Shown: positions 38,725-49,039 of the stretch, one piece after another | Layout of the letters: every line of letters starts with the position of its first letter | How positions within the stretch are numbered: position 1 is the stretch's first letter | Assembly: GCA_963827275.1 (NCBI GenBank) | Contig: CAWHAA010000004.1 | Coordinates: 1 to 64,000 of the forward strand | Length of the DNA: 64,000 nucleotides | Reading direction: 5' to 3' | From: an uncultured Spirochaetota bacterium | GTDB taxonomy: Bacteria; Spirochaetota; UBA4802; UBA5550 | Made by a program: the position numbers and the translations under genes | The notes under the pieces: model-generated | Seen by the model: the letters and a program-made list of their open reading frames with translations, nothing else | Databases searched by the model: none | What the model was told of the DNA's origin: nothing

Positions 38725-39459
38725 ATGAAAAAAGCCGTCATAATCGGGGCAAGCTCCGGGATTGGGAAGGAACTTGCCCGGGTGTTTTCACGCAATAATT
38801 ACGCGGTCGGCATTGCCGCGCGCAGGCTGGACCTGCTTGAAGGACTGCGGCGCGAGCTGCCGAACGTGGCGGCTGTCGCATATATCGACCTGTGCAACAA
38901 TGATGACATGGAAAAACGGATGGAGACGCTCATCGCCGGGACGGGCGGTGCCGATGTTATCGTGATTTCATCGGGGACCGGGTTCCTGAACGACGAACTG
39001 GAGTGGGAAAAGGAAAAAGCGACCATCGATGTCAATGTGCTCGGTTTCGCGCGCGTCGTGAATTTCGCGGTGCGGTATTTTTCCGGAAGGGGCGAGGGGC
39101 ACCTTGTCGGCATCTCGTCGATCGGCGCGCTGCGCGGGAATGCTACCGCGCCGGCGTACAATGCCTCAAAGGCCTTTGTCTCGAATTACCTCGAGGGGAT
39201 CCGCTGCAAAATGAAAAAGTCGGGCCTGCATGTCACCGTAACCGAGATACTGCCCGGTTTTGTCGATACCGCAATGGCGAAAGGCGATGGGCTGGACGGG
39301 AAGGGCGGCCTGTTCTGGGTGGCGTCGCCCGTGACCGCCGCGAATCAGATCTACGCCGCAATCGTCAGGAAAAGGGAGCGCGCGTACGTGACGAGGAGAT
39401 GGCGCCTCATCGCGTGGCTCTTAAAAATCATGCCTGGCAGCGTGTATTCCAGGTTCTAG
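38725..39459 (+). CDS. SDR family oxidoreductase
   Basis: GASSGIG, GISS, YNASK, PGFVDT. Confidence 0.92.
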   Translation: MKKAVIIGASSGIGKELARVFSRNNYAVGIAARRLDLLEGLRRELPNVAAVAYIDLCNNDDMEKRMETLIAGTGGADVIVISSGTGFLNDELEWEKEKATIDVNVLGFARVVNFAVRYFSGRGEGHLVGISSIGALRGNATAPAYNASKAFVSNYLEGIRCKMKKSGLHVTVTEILPGFVDTAMAKGDGLDGKGGLFWVASPVTAANQIYAAIVRKRERAYVTRRWRLIAWLLKIMPGSVYSRF

Positions 39460-39581
39460 ACGCGCCGGGACGGGCTGATTTTTAACAGCGGGGCTGAATA
39501 AATTAATTAAAGAATGGACAGATTTTTATATTATGATACAGGTGCAAAGAGCGATGCAATAACGGCACGAGGACAAAAAAT

Positions 39582-39734
39582 TTGGCACAAAATAACTACA
39601 AATTTGAAAAGCGCAAAAAAGAACTGGCGAAGAAGAAAAAGAAAGAAGAGAAACAGCAGCGCAAGCGGGAAAAGGGCGGCCCCGATCAGGATACGGACCA
39701 GGAAGAGGCCCCGGTCAGCGACGGCGCCGATTGA
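39582..39734 (+). CDS. 50-aa basic/acidic small protein missing from the ORF track
   Basis: GAGGA ribosome-binding site and TTG start; MAQNNYKFEKRKKELAKKKKKEEKQQRKREKGGPDQDTDQEEAPVSDGAD. Confidence 0.65.
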   Translation: MAQNNYKFEKRKKELAKKKKKEEKQQRKREKGGPDQDTDQEEAPVSDGAD

Positions 39735-39849
39735 ATGTTCCGCGGCGTATAAAAATAGCAGAATGAGAACCCTGCCCCCGGGCCGCTTCACGCCGCTGTC
39801 CCGGTGGCGGTTTGATATATACCACGATCGTGCTGGATGATCCCCCACT

Positions 39850-40707
39850 ATGAAAAAAAAACCCGGATACGGCAATGTGCCGGAAGGCTTCGATGTCTAC
39901 CATTCATCGGCAATAGTGGTCATGCCGGTGCCGTATGACGAGACTTCCACCTGGATGAAGGGGGCGGACAAGGGTCCTGACGCGCTCATCGAGGCGTCGT
40001 GGAACATGTATCTCTATGATATTGAAACTGACTCCGAGGTGTACGAGCGGGGCATCCATACCGATGAGCCGGTGCTGGAAAAAACCACCCCGGAGGCGAT
40101 GGTGAGCGCCGTGAGGGAGCGGGCGGCGGGGCACCTCGCTGAGGGCAAGTTCCTGGTGACCGTGGGCGGCGAGCACTCCGTCACGGTCGGCGCGGTGCAG
40201 GCGCATGCCGAGGTCTATGACGATCTCTCCGTGCTCCAGCTGGATGCCCATGCCGATCTCCAGGAGGAATTCAACGGATCGAAATACAACCATGCCTGCG
40301 CGATGGCGCGGGTCCGTGAATCGTGTCCCGTGGTGCATGTTGGCATCCGCAGCATGGACGCGTGCGAACGGGCCGCCGCTGAACCGGGCCATGTCTTTTA
40401 CGCCGAGGAAATTCAGGGCAGGGACGACTGGATGGACGGTGTTGCCGCGCTGCTGACGGACCGGGTGTATGTCACCATCGACCTTGACGCGTTCGATAGT
40501 TCAATCATGCCGGCGACAGGAACCCCCGAGCCGGGGGGGCTTGGCTGGTATGACGTCATCACGCTCCTTAAAAAAATCACGAGCGCAAAGCGGATCGTTG
40601 GCTTTGACGTGGTTGAATTGTGCCCGAATTCCTGCAGCAGGCCCGCAGAGTATCTTGCCGCGAAACTCGTTTACCGGCTGCTGGGCATGGTCTTTAAAAA
40701 CGGGTGA
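39850..40707 (+). CDS. speB: Agmatinase
   Basis: GGEHS, DAHADL, NHAC, DLDAFD, TGTPEPGG, DVVELCP. Confidence 0.92.
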   Translation: MKKKPGYGNVPEGFDVYHSSAIVVMPVPYDETSTWMKGADKGPDALIEASWNMYLYDIETDSEVYERGIHTDEPVLEKTTPEAMVSAVRERAAGHLAEGKFLVTVGGEHSVTVGAVQAHAEVYDDLSVLQLDAHADLQEEFNGSKYNHACAMARVRESCPVVHVGIRSMDACERAAAEPGHVFYAEEIQGRDDWMDGVAALLTDRVYVTIDLDAFDSSIMPATGTPEPGGLGWYDVITLLKKITSAKRIVGFDVVELCPNSCSRPAEYLAAKLVYRLLGMVFKNG

Positions 40708-40725
40708 CCGGGCGCCGGCCGCGGT

Positions 40726-41217
40726 TCAGGGGCGGGTCCTGGTCCTCTTCACTATATAGGGCATGACAACGCCCAGGGAAATGTATCTCTCCTGCAGCGC
40801 CTCCGGGAGGTGCTTGAAGTCGCGCACCGTGCCGCGGCAGTTTTTGTCTCCGCAGAGGCACGCCATCTCCCAGCAGTCTTCGTCCATCGTGGTGGAATAG
40901 TCGAAGGAAAGCTCCTCGCCCTTCCGTATGTCGCGTATGGCGATGAACCCGACCTTCCCGTCGCGGTAGATCAGTCCGCCGTTGGGGTTGCAGGAATGGT
41001 TGATGAGGTCGTCGGCGTTCCCGGACGGCCCCATGAAGAGGTCTTCGTCGATCTGCAGGTAGTGGTTGTTCCCGGGATCGTGCACCTTCAGGTACTCGTC
41101 CATGGAGCATAGCGGGCCGGTGAACTCGCATACGAATTCCCCTTTCCGTATATCGTCATCGGCAAAAACCGCCTTTCCCTTTTCCGTTTCCCGTATTACC
41201 AGACGGCATTGTTCCAT
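40726..41217 (-). CDS. SET domain protein-lysine methyltransferase with post-SET zinc motif
   Basis: KGKAVFA, INHSCNPN, GEELSFDY, CLCGDKNCRG. Confidence 0.9.
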   Translation of the reverse strand: MEQCRLVIRETEKGKAVFADDDIRKGEFVCEFTGPLCSMDEYLKVHDPGNNHYLQIDEDLFMGPSGNADDLINHSCNPNGGLIYRDGKVGFIAIRDIRKGEELSFDYSTTMDEDCWEMACLCGDKNCRGTVRDFKHLPEALQERYISLGVVMPYIVKRTRTRP

Positions 41218-41262
41218 TGCGTGAGACCTCGTATCATGTTCTTTACACTGCCGCCCCGGGGG

Positions 41263-42087
41263 TCACTTCGCGGCGTCCTGTGCCTGGGGCAGTTTCAGCT
41301 TTTGGCCCGGAAATATCAGGGTCGGGCTTTGTATGATGTCCCGGTTGGCGTTGAATATGTCTATCCATCTTTTTGAATCGCCCAGCTTTTTTTCGCTTAT
41401 TGTCACCAGGTCATCTTTCACCTGGACGATGTAAACGTCGCCTTCTTCCACTGGCACGGCGGGCTTCTGTTCGACAGCGGGCGCTGCCGCAGGCTGTTTC
41501 ATCTCAGGCAGTGTCTCTTCAGGGACGCCGGCCTGCTCCTGCTGGGGCGCCACTGACGGACAGAACCTTCCTTTTACCTGTTCCCTGCAGGTAGGCGATA
41601 CAACCATGGCGATTATAAGGAGTATGGCTATGATGAGGATACCGAGGAGTATCCTCATCATCAGGCTCATTGTGCCGGAGGGCTTTTCCGGCCTTTTTGA
41701 CGGCTGAGGTACCGCAGCGCCGCCCGCGTATTGTTCCTCGCGGAAAGGGGCAGCGGCGGGTTTGCTAACAGCACCTGCTATTTTTTTTTTTGGTGCGGCC
41801 TTTTTTATGGTTTTTGCGCCGGTGCTTTTTTTAGCGGCCCATGTTCGTATTTCAGTGCGGAACCATTTGTCGGATTCCGGCGTGAAATCGAATTTATCGC
41901 GGACATACTGCATGGTCCTCTTTTCAACATCTGTATACCCGCTGGAGTCCTTGACCATGCCGAGTATTTTTTTCGCGTCGCTCAACGATATGCGTCCGTC
42001 GCCCCGTCCCTTGACGGCCTTTTCGGCGGCAGTGAGGATGTCTTTATCGTAATTTTTCCCCTTGATTTTCCTGTAATATGTTGCCAT
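41263..42087 (-). CDS. Membrane-anchored LysM protein with uncharacterised N-terminal domain
   Basis: N-terminal GDGRIS-containing domain, Lys/Ala linker, one TM segment, C-terminal YIVQVKDDL..W.DIFNANRD..LIFPGQKL LysM. Confidence 0.85.
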   Translation of the reverse strand: MATYYRKIKGKNYDKDILTAAEKAVKGRGDGRISLSDAKKILGMVKDSSGYTDVEKRTMQYVRDKFDFTPESDKWFRTEIRTWAAKKSTGAKTIKKAAPKKKIAGAVSKPAAAPFREEQYAGGAAVPQPSKRPEKPSGTMSLMMRILLGILIIAILLIIAMVVSPTCREQVKGRFCPSVAPQQEQAGVPEETLPEMKQPAAAPAVEQKPAVPVEEGDVYIVQVKDDLVTISEKKLGDSKRWIDIFNANRDIIQSPTLIFPGQKLKLPQAQDAAK

Positions 42088-42329
42088 TATAAAACCCCCT
42101 GGTTTGATTTCCGCTTTGCCGGAGATGATGCGGCCGCTTGAGCGGAATAATTTTCTCTATTAAAGTTTCTATCAGAAACTCATTAAAATGTCAAGGACTT
42201 ATAGAATAAAAAAGGATGAAACCGGTAGTGCCCCGTGACAAAGTGTGCTGCCGCGCGCCCCTCCTGTAAGAATGATGTCCCGCTGCAGTATGCGGAGCTG
42301 TGGAATCTGCCTTCGGTGAGATTCAAAAC

Positions 42330-42358
42330 TTGACTTTTCCGGGATAGTGCGCCATACT
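42330..42358 (+). promoter_or_regulatory. Putative sigma70 promoter of the GNAT gene
   Basis: TTGACT-17 nt-CATACT. Confidence 0.5.
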
Positions 42359-42388
42359 TGGCACGCTCTGCATTGACAGCATACCGCA

Positions 42389-42874
42389 ATGGAAATAAAA
42401 CCGCTGCATCTGGCGCCCGAGCTGGGCCCCGTCCTGGCGCGATGGTCCTACAACGAATGGTACCGGCACCGTTCCATGGACTACAGCCTTGTGCTGCACG
42501 CCTTTCTCGCACGCACGAAGGACGATTCGCTGCCGCAGAGCTTCGTGGCAATGGCGGAGGGGCGTCCCGCCGGCATGGTGACCCTGAAACTGGACGACCT
42601 CTGGTCGAGAAAAGACCTCAACCCGTGGCTCTCCTCGCTTTACGTGGTGCCTGAATGCCGCAACCGCGGCACGGGGCATGCCCTGGTGCGGGCGGTCATT
42701 GCGCGCGCGCGTGAGCTCGGGTTTTTCAGCGTGAACCTGTTTCTCGGGCAGTCGGGGATGGAATATCTCGGGCGATACTACGCCAAGCGCGGGTGGGAGT
42801 TCATTGGCGAGGCCCGGGACAACGACGGGATCGATACGAAGATCATGACGTTCCGCCTGGTCCCGCCGCGATAG
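42389..42874 (+). CDS. GNAT family N-acetyltransferase
   Basis: PWLSSLYVVPECRNRGTG acetyl-CoA motif; YYAKRGW. Confidence 0.9.
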   Translation: MEIKPLHLAPELGPVLARWSYNEWYRHRSMDYSLVLHAFLARTKDDSLPQSFVAMAEGRPAGMVTLKLDDLWSRKDLNPWLSSLYVVPECRNRGTGHALVRAVIARARELGFFSVNLFLGQSGMEYLGRYYAKRGWEFIGEARDNDGIDTKIMTFRLVPPR

Positions 42875-42895
42875 GGCCCCGCTGCGCGGGTCCCG

Positions 42896-44239
42896 CTATG
42901 CCATCCGGTATTTCTTTTCCCTGAAAATTTTAATGCATATTTTCACGATCTCCCTGTCGAAAAGCACGCCCATCTTGGCGGTGATCTCGGAGAGCGCGGC
43001 GTCGATCCCGAGGGCGGCGCGGTACGGCCTGTCCGAGGCCATGGCTTCCACCACGTCCGCGACGCAGAGGATGCGGGCCCCCAGGAGGATGTGGTCGCCG
43101 ACAAGACCGCGGGGATAGCCGGACCCGTTCACCCACTCGTGGTGCTGGTACACCATCTCGGCCAGGGGCCAGGGGAATTCGATCGTTTTCAGTATGTCAA
43201 AGCCGATCTGCGGGTGTGTCTGTATAAGCTCGAATTCGATCGAGGACAGCCTTCCCGGCTTGCTTAATATCTCCGTCGGGATGCATATCTTGCCAAGGTC
43301 GTGGATGGTGCCGGCCATGAATATCCCTTCCACCTGCTGCTCCGGGAGGCCCATCTCGGTCGCGATGGCCCTGGCGATGTCCGCGACCTTGCGCTGGTGG
43401 CCGGCGGTGTAGGGGTCCCGCGTTTCAAGGGTCTGCGCCATTGCCTGGATGACGCCGCTGATCGATTTCTTGATCTGGAGGTAGCTCTCTTTCAGCTTGG
43501 TCTCCGACCTGACCCGCTCCGTGTCGTCCCGGAGGATGATGACGGACCCTGATTTCTCGCCGTTGATGTCGCTGATGGGGGACAGGCTGAAGTCGATCGG
43601 CACGTGTTTGCCGCTCGGCGAAACGAAGTAGTTGTAATGAATGGTATCCGGGCCCGTGATCATGTTGTCGTGGAGGCCGTTGTACTTTATGTTCATGACC
43701 TCGGTGAATTTTTTCCCGATAAGCCTGTCGATGGTGAGCTCGGTTATCTTCTCCGCGATCGGGTTGATATAGGTGATCTGGTCTGCGGAATCCATGACGA
43801 ACACGGCGTCGCCGATGCTGTTGAGTATGGTGAAGAACCTGAGCTCGCTTTCCTTGAGGCGGTCTTCCATTTCATGGCGGAGGATAGCCAGGTCGATGGC
43901 GGATTTTAATTCCTTTTTATCCACCGGTTTGACGATGAACCCGGCAGGGTTGGTCGTAAGCGCCCGCTTCAGCGTGGCGTCGTCGGAGGCTGACGTTATG
44001 TAAATGACCGGTACGCTGCTGGTTTCGTTTATCTGCCGCGCCGCGTCGATGCCGTCGATTTTTCCCCCCAGCACGATGTCCATGATGATAAGATCGGGTC
44101 CGGCGTGCAGCGCTTCACGGATCGCTTCTTCGCCGGTGGGAACTGATGTGATGACGGAGTGCCCCATTTCGCCGATAAATCTTTTCAGGATCAGGATCGT
44201 TGTCTTCTCGTCCTCGACGAGCAGAATTTTTTTCCCCAT
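42896..44239 (-). CDS. REC-PAS-HD-GYP c-di-GMP phosphodiesterase
   Basis: LLVEDE..MDI..KP receiver domain; PAS domain; RDPYTAGH, HDLGK, HHEWVNGSGYP, RPYR. Confidence 0.93.
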   Translation of the reverse strand: MGKKILLVEDEKTTILILKRFIGEMGHSVITSVPTGEEAIREALHAGPDLIIMDIVLGGKIDGIDAARQINETSSVPVIYITSASDDATLKRALTTNPAGFIVKPVDKKELKSAIDLAILRHEMEDRLKESELRFFTILNSIGDAVFVMDSADQITYINPIAEKITELTIDRLIGKKFTEVMNIKYNGLHDNMITGPDTIHYNYFVSPSGKHVPIDFSLSPISDINGEKSGSVIILRDDTERVRSETKLKESYLQIKKSISGVIQAMAQTLETRDPYTAGHQRKVADIARAIATEMGLPEQQVEGIFMAGTIHDLGKICIPTEILSKPGRLSSIEFELIQTHPQIGFDILKTIEFPWPLAEMVYQHHEWVNGSGYPRGLVGDHILLGARILCVADVVEAMASDRPYRAALGIDAALSEITAKMGVLFDREIVKICIKIFREKKYRMA

Positions 44240-44646
44240 TGGCCGTCCCTTGTAAACAGTATCCCGCTGGCGTGCGCTGGTATCCGCCTCCCGGAAAAGT
44301 AGGCGACATACTATGCATGATAGCTAGAGCATGTGCCAAAGGTGGCATATTTATAAAAAAAATTCCAGTAATTATTCATCATATTTCAAAATTGGGAAAA
44401 CCGCCCGATGCCCGGGTAGTATGGCGGCATATGGAACCGGCCGGACAGCCGGGAAAATTTTATATAAGGTGGAAATGGAAATATTATTGAAAACTTTATG
44501 GACAAAAAAAATACTGAGATATTTATGGGCATAAATCTGGAATTGCTTATTTTACAGGCAATAGCACATTAATTTTTTTCAAAAGGGCGCATACAGGCTG
44601 TACTTCCCCTTTACAATGCCGACGTGACTACGAGGAGGAATATCCC

Positions 44647-47600
44647 ATGCAAAGTCTTGGTGTCAATATAGGGTCTTCAAGCATTAAAGCCGTGCTCCTT
44701 GAGGACGGGCGTATACTGTGGACAACAAACGTGGCCCACGAGGGTAATTTTATCGAAACCCTGAGGGGCGTCCTCATGGATAAAAATCTGCCGGCCGGGG
44801 TCCCCTCCCTTGTCACCGGCACGGAAGGCCGCTACCTCCTGAACATGAACAACGTGGTGGAATCGATCTGCATAGAGGAGGCCCTGAAGCGGCTCAATCT
44901 CAAGGTCGATGCCGTCGTGTCTCTGGGCGGTGAAAATTTTGTCGTTTACACGATCGATGAAAACGGCAGGATCATCACCAGCTTCGCGGGGAACAAGTGC
45001 GCGTCGGGCACCGGCGAGTTTTTCAAGCAGCAGCTCGGCAGGATGGACCTCCGGCTCGGCGATGTTGACCGCCTGCCCGAAACGGCGAAGGTGTGCCACA
45101 TGTCATCGCGGTGCTCGGTCTTCATGAAGAGCGACTGTACCCACAAGCTCAACAAGGGGGAGGCCACCAAGGCCGATATCGTGCTCTCCCTCTCGGACGT
45201 CATGGCCACCAAGGTGACCGATTTCCTCAAGCGCGCGCGGATCAGGAGCGGCAGGGTACTCCTTGCCGGCGGCGTTACCCGGAACAGGTACATCATCCGG
45301 TTCGTGCAGGAAAAGCTGCCCGACATCGAGTTCCTCGTACCGGAGGAGGCGTCCTTTTTCGAGGCTTACGGGGCGGCCAGCCTGGCCGGTTCCTCGGGGA
45401 GCCCGTTTCCCGGGCTCGGTTCCCTGTTCAAGCCGCAGAAGATAGAGTTCCCACGCTACCAGGGCCTGGAGAGCGCCGCGGGCAGGGTGAATTACCTGAA
45501 GGCAAAGCGGGGCGTCGCGAAGCCGGGCGGCGAGTACATACTCGGCGTGGACGGCGGCTCCACCACCACCAAGGTGGCCCTTATCGACATCGATACCGAC
45601 GAAATCGTGGCCTCCCACTACGGCCGGACCCACGGGGACCCGGTGAACGCCCTGAAAGAGTGCCTGGTGGAGGTGAAAAAGCAGCTCGCGCAGCAGATCG
45701 GCGACGCGAAGATCAACATTACCCTCGCTTCAACCACCGGTTCGTCGCGGGAGATACTGGGCGTCTTCCTCGAAACGCCGGCCGTGTACAACGAGATCAT
45801 CGCCCACGCGGTGGGCACCACCTACTTCAAGCCGGACATCGACACCATATTCGAGATCGGCGGCCAGGACGCGAAGTACGCGCTCTTGAAAAATAAGGTC
45901 CCCATCGACTACGCCATGAACGAGGCCTGCTCGGCGGGCACCGGCTCCTTCCTCGAGGAATCGGCCTCCGGAGACCTCAATATCACCGACGTGCGCGACA
46001 TCGGCGACATCGCCGTCCGCGCGAAGGGCCCGCTTAAGTTCGGCGAGCAGTGCTCGGCCTTCATCAATTCCGACATCCGCAAGGCGATCCAGCTCGGGGC
46101 GTCCCGCGAGGACATCACCGCGGGCATCATCACCTCGATCGTTTCCAATTACCTGAACCGGGTGGTGGGCAACCGCACCATCGGGAACAATATCGTCCTC
46201 CAGGGCGGCGTCGCGCTGAACAAGGCGGTCCCCCTGGCCTTCGCCATGCTCACTGGACAAGAACATCACCATACCCCCCGATCCCGAGCTCCTTGGCTGC
46301 TTCGGCGTCGGGATACTGGCAAAGCAGAAGCTGCATGACGGGATTATTGAGAAGGGCCGCTATGACATGGACGAGATCCTCGGCACGAAGATCGTGTACG
46401 AGCGCGAGTTCACCTGCAAGGCGTGCGACAACGAGTGCCCGATACGCGTCCTGAACGTGAACGGCCACAAGTACATGTTCGGCGGCCGCTGCAACAAGTA
46501 CGCCAACATGCGGAAGAAGAAAAAGATCGATGAATCGACGGTATACAACTACATAGAAAAGCGCGAACAGCTCATGTTCGTTGAGAGCGCGCCGCCGAAG
46601 GAAGAATTCGTCAAAAAGCGCGATTTCACGGTCGGAGTGCCCAAGGCCTTTTCCGTCTATACGCTGTGGCCCCTCTACTCCTGGTTTTTCCATACGCTGG
46701 GGATCGAGGTGCGGCTGTCCGAGGAGATATCCCATGACGGCGTGGCCCGCACCGAGGGCTCGTACTGCTTCCCGGCGGAGATCGCGCACGGGGCGGTCCA
46801 GGACATCCTGGACGCGGGCCTGGATTACATATTCGTCCCCCATTTCAGGGACCTGGAGAGCTACGTCGACGACGTGCATGCCAACTTCTGTCCCATCACG
46901 CAGTCGCTGCCCTATTATATCATGAAGGCCTTCCCGGAAATCGACGAGCAAAAGATTCCTCGCGCCGATCGTGAGCTTCAAGTTCGGCATCGAGAAGGCC
47001 GTGGAGGGATTCATCGGCATGGGCGAAGCTCTGGGCATTCCCGAACGCGAGGTGCGGCAGGCCTTCGACGTCGGCTGCGACAAACAGGAAGAATTCTGGA
47101 ACAGGTACCGGGAGATGGGCAGGGAGGCGTTTGAGATGGCGCGGGCCGCCGACCACCCGGTCATCGCCGTCCTGGGAAGGCCCTATAACGCCTTTACCCG
47201 CGACGCCAACATGGGCATTCCCCTGAAGTTCACGACCCGCGGGTATTCCGTCATTCCCTTTGACATGCTTCCCTTTGAGCAGGCGCAGATCTTTGACAAC
47301 ATGTACTGGTACTACGGCCAGCAGGACATGAAGGCGAGCGTGCTTTTAAAGGACGAGCCGAATATCTTCGTGACTTATATTACCAACTTTTCCTGCGCGC
47401 CCGACTCGTTCATGCTCCATTACGTGAAGTGGATCATGGGCACCAAGCCGTTCCTGGTCCTGGAGCTGGATTCCCATTCGGCCGATGCCGGGGTCGACAC
47501 CAGGGTCGAGGCCTTCCTGGACATCATCGAGGGGTACCGGTCCAAGCTCGACCAGATCCGCGAGGAGCGCTACGACAACGGCCTGCGCTTCATCAACAAC

Positions 47601-48962
47601 GGCGTGGATCCGCTCCACCTGATGGACATAAAGAACAACCGGAAGATAGAGATCTTCGGCAACAAGCGGGTGAAGATGCTCCTCTCGAACATGGGCCGCC
47701 TCTCCACGGAGCTTCTGTCGGCGTCGCTCAGGGCCGCGGGCATCACCGCGGAGGCCATGCCGCTGCCCGATACCTACACGCTGCAGATGGCGCGCAACCA
47801 CATGTCCGGCAAGGAATGTCTTCCTTCGCAGCTGGTGCTGGGGGCCGCCCTCCGTTATTTTTCCTCGGACAAGTACAACAGGGACGATATATATTGCCTC
47901 TTTGTGCCCACCACCACCGGGCCGTGCCGCACCGGCCAGTATTTCGTCTTTTACGAGAATTTGTTCAAGGACATGCGGCTTGACAACGTCGTGGTGGTGA
48001 CCCTGGATTCGGACAATTCCTACAACGAGCTGGGACCGCATTTCAGCAAGAGCGCCTGGTGGGGCCTCGTGGTCGCCGATTACATGAAGGACATCGAGAC
48101 GTCGCTCCGCACCTGCGCCGTCGATCCCGTCACGGCCATCGCCAAGTACGACGAGCTGTGGCAGGAGCTGATCGACGTCACCGAGAAGGACATCGACCAG
48201 GTGGTCCCCAGCCTTGCGCGGATCGCCGCGGAGATCGCGAAGATCCCGCTGAGGCGCAGGGTCGAGGACACGCCCAAGGTCCTGATCGTGGGCGAGATAT
48301 TCGTGCGGCGGGACGATTTCGCCGTGGACGAGCTGATCCGCATGTTCAGCGCCCGCGGCATCATCGCCAAGGTGTCGGGCATCACCGAGTGGATATATTA
48401 CTGCGACTACACGAGGAAGCACGACATCCAGAAGCGGCTCGGGCTCCTGCCCTGGTATAAAAAGCCTTTTTCGAAGGAGCTGCGCGAACTCATCATGTGG
48501 AAGCTGGAGGAAAAGTACAAGCACAGCGTCGAGCACAAGGTCAAGAAGGCCCTCGGCGTGACCGGCCTTCTCCCGAAAACGCCGCATGACATGGAGCAGA
48601 TCATGGACAACGCCGGGAAGCATTTCGTGAGCGACGAGCTGTATTCTGAAATTTCAATATCGAGCGGCGTCGCGGCAACGGCCATGATGGATGATTTTTC
48701 CGGCATCGTGAACATTTCGCCGTTCGCGTGCCTGATCGGCAGGGTCATCGAGGGGCTCATCACCCCCTGGTCGCGCGAGCGCCGGTTCCCGGTCATCTCG
48801 GTGGAGATCGACGGCGATATCCTTCCCCCGGGGATCGTGAACAAGCTGGAGATATTCATGCTGAACGTGCTGCGGTTCCGGCATAACCCGGACGTGTCGG
48901 ACCTCGTGGACCGCGAGGGTGAGGAGGCGGTTACGCTGGACCGCAAGATCAAGAAGGCATAG
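44647..48962 (+). CDS. Large multidomain 2-hydroxyacyl-CoA dehydratase activator (two BadF-type ATPase domains plus DUF2229-like region), split by two +1 frameshifts near 46255 and 46957
   Basis: NIGSSSIK, KCASGTG, RCSVF, GVDGGSTTTK, EIGGQDAK, MNEACSAGTG, CKACDNEC, CFPAEIAHG, GRPYN, FSCAPD, KECLP, GPCRTGQY spread over three consecutive frames. Confidence 0.88.
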
Positions 48963-48992
48963 CGCAATAACTCTGGAGTTTCGTCTCAATCG

Positions 48993-49028
48993 AAAAACCC
49001 GGCGCGCCAGCGGCGGGTTTTCCTTTTT
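48993..49028. terminator. Probable bidirectional terminator
   Basis: AAAAACCCG...CGGGTTTT between convergent genes. Confidence 0.6.
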
Positions 49029-49039
49029 CCGGAGAAGGC

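Noticed and set aside
44322..44339. Sigma54 promoter on the minus strand (TGGCAC...)
   Set aside because: GG-to-GC spacing is 11 nt instead of the required 10.
47346..48623. 425-aa minus-strand ORF (and similar ones at 11110..12246, 28077..29201, 51370..52302)
   Set aside because: Antisense shadows of well-supported genes.
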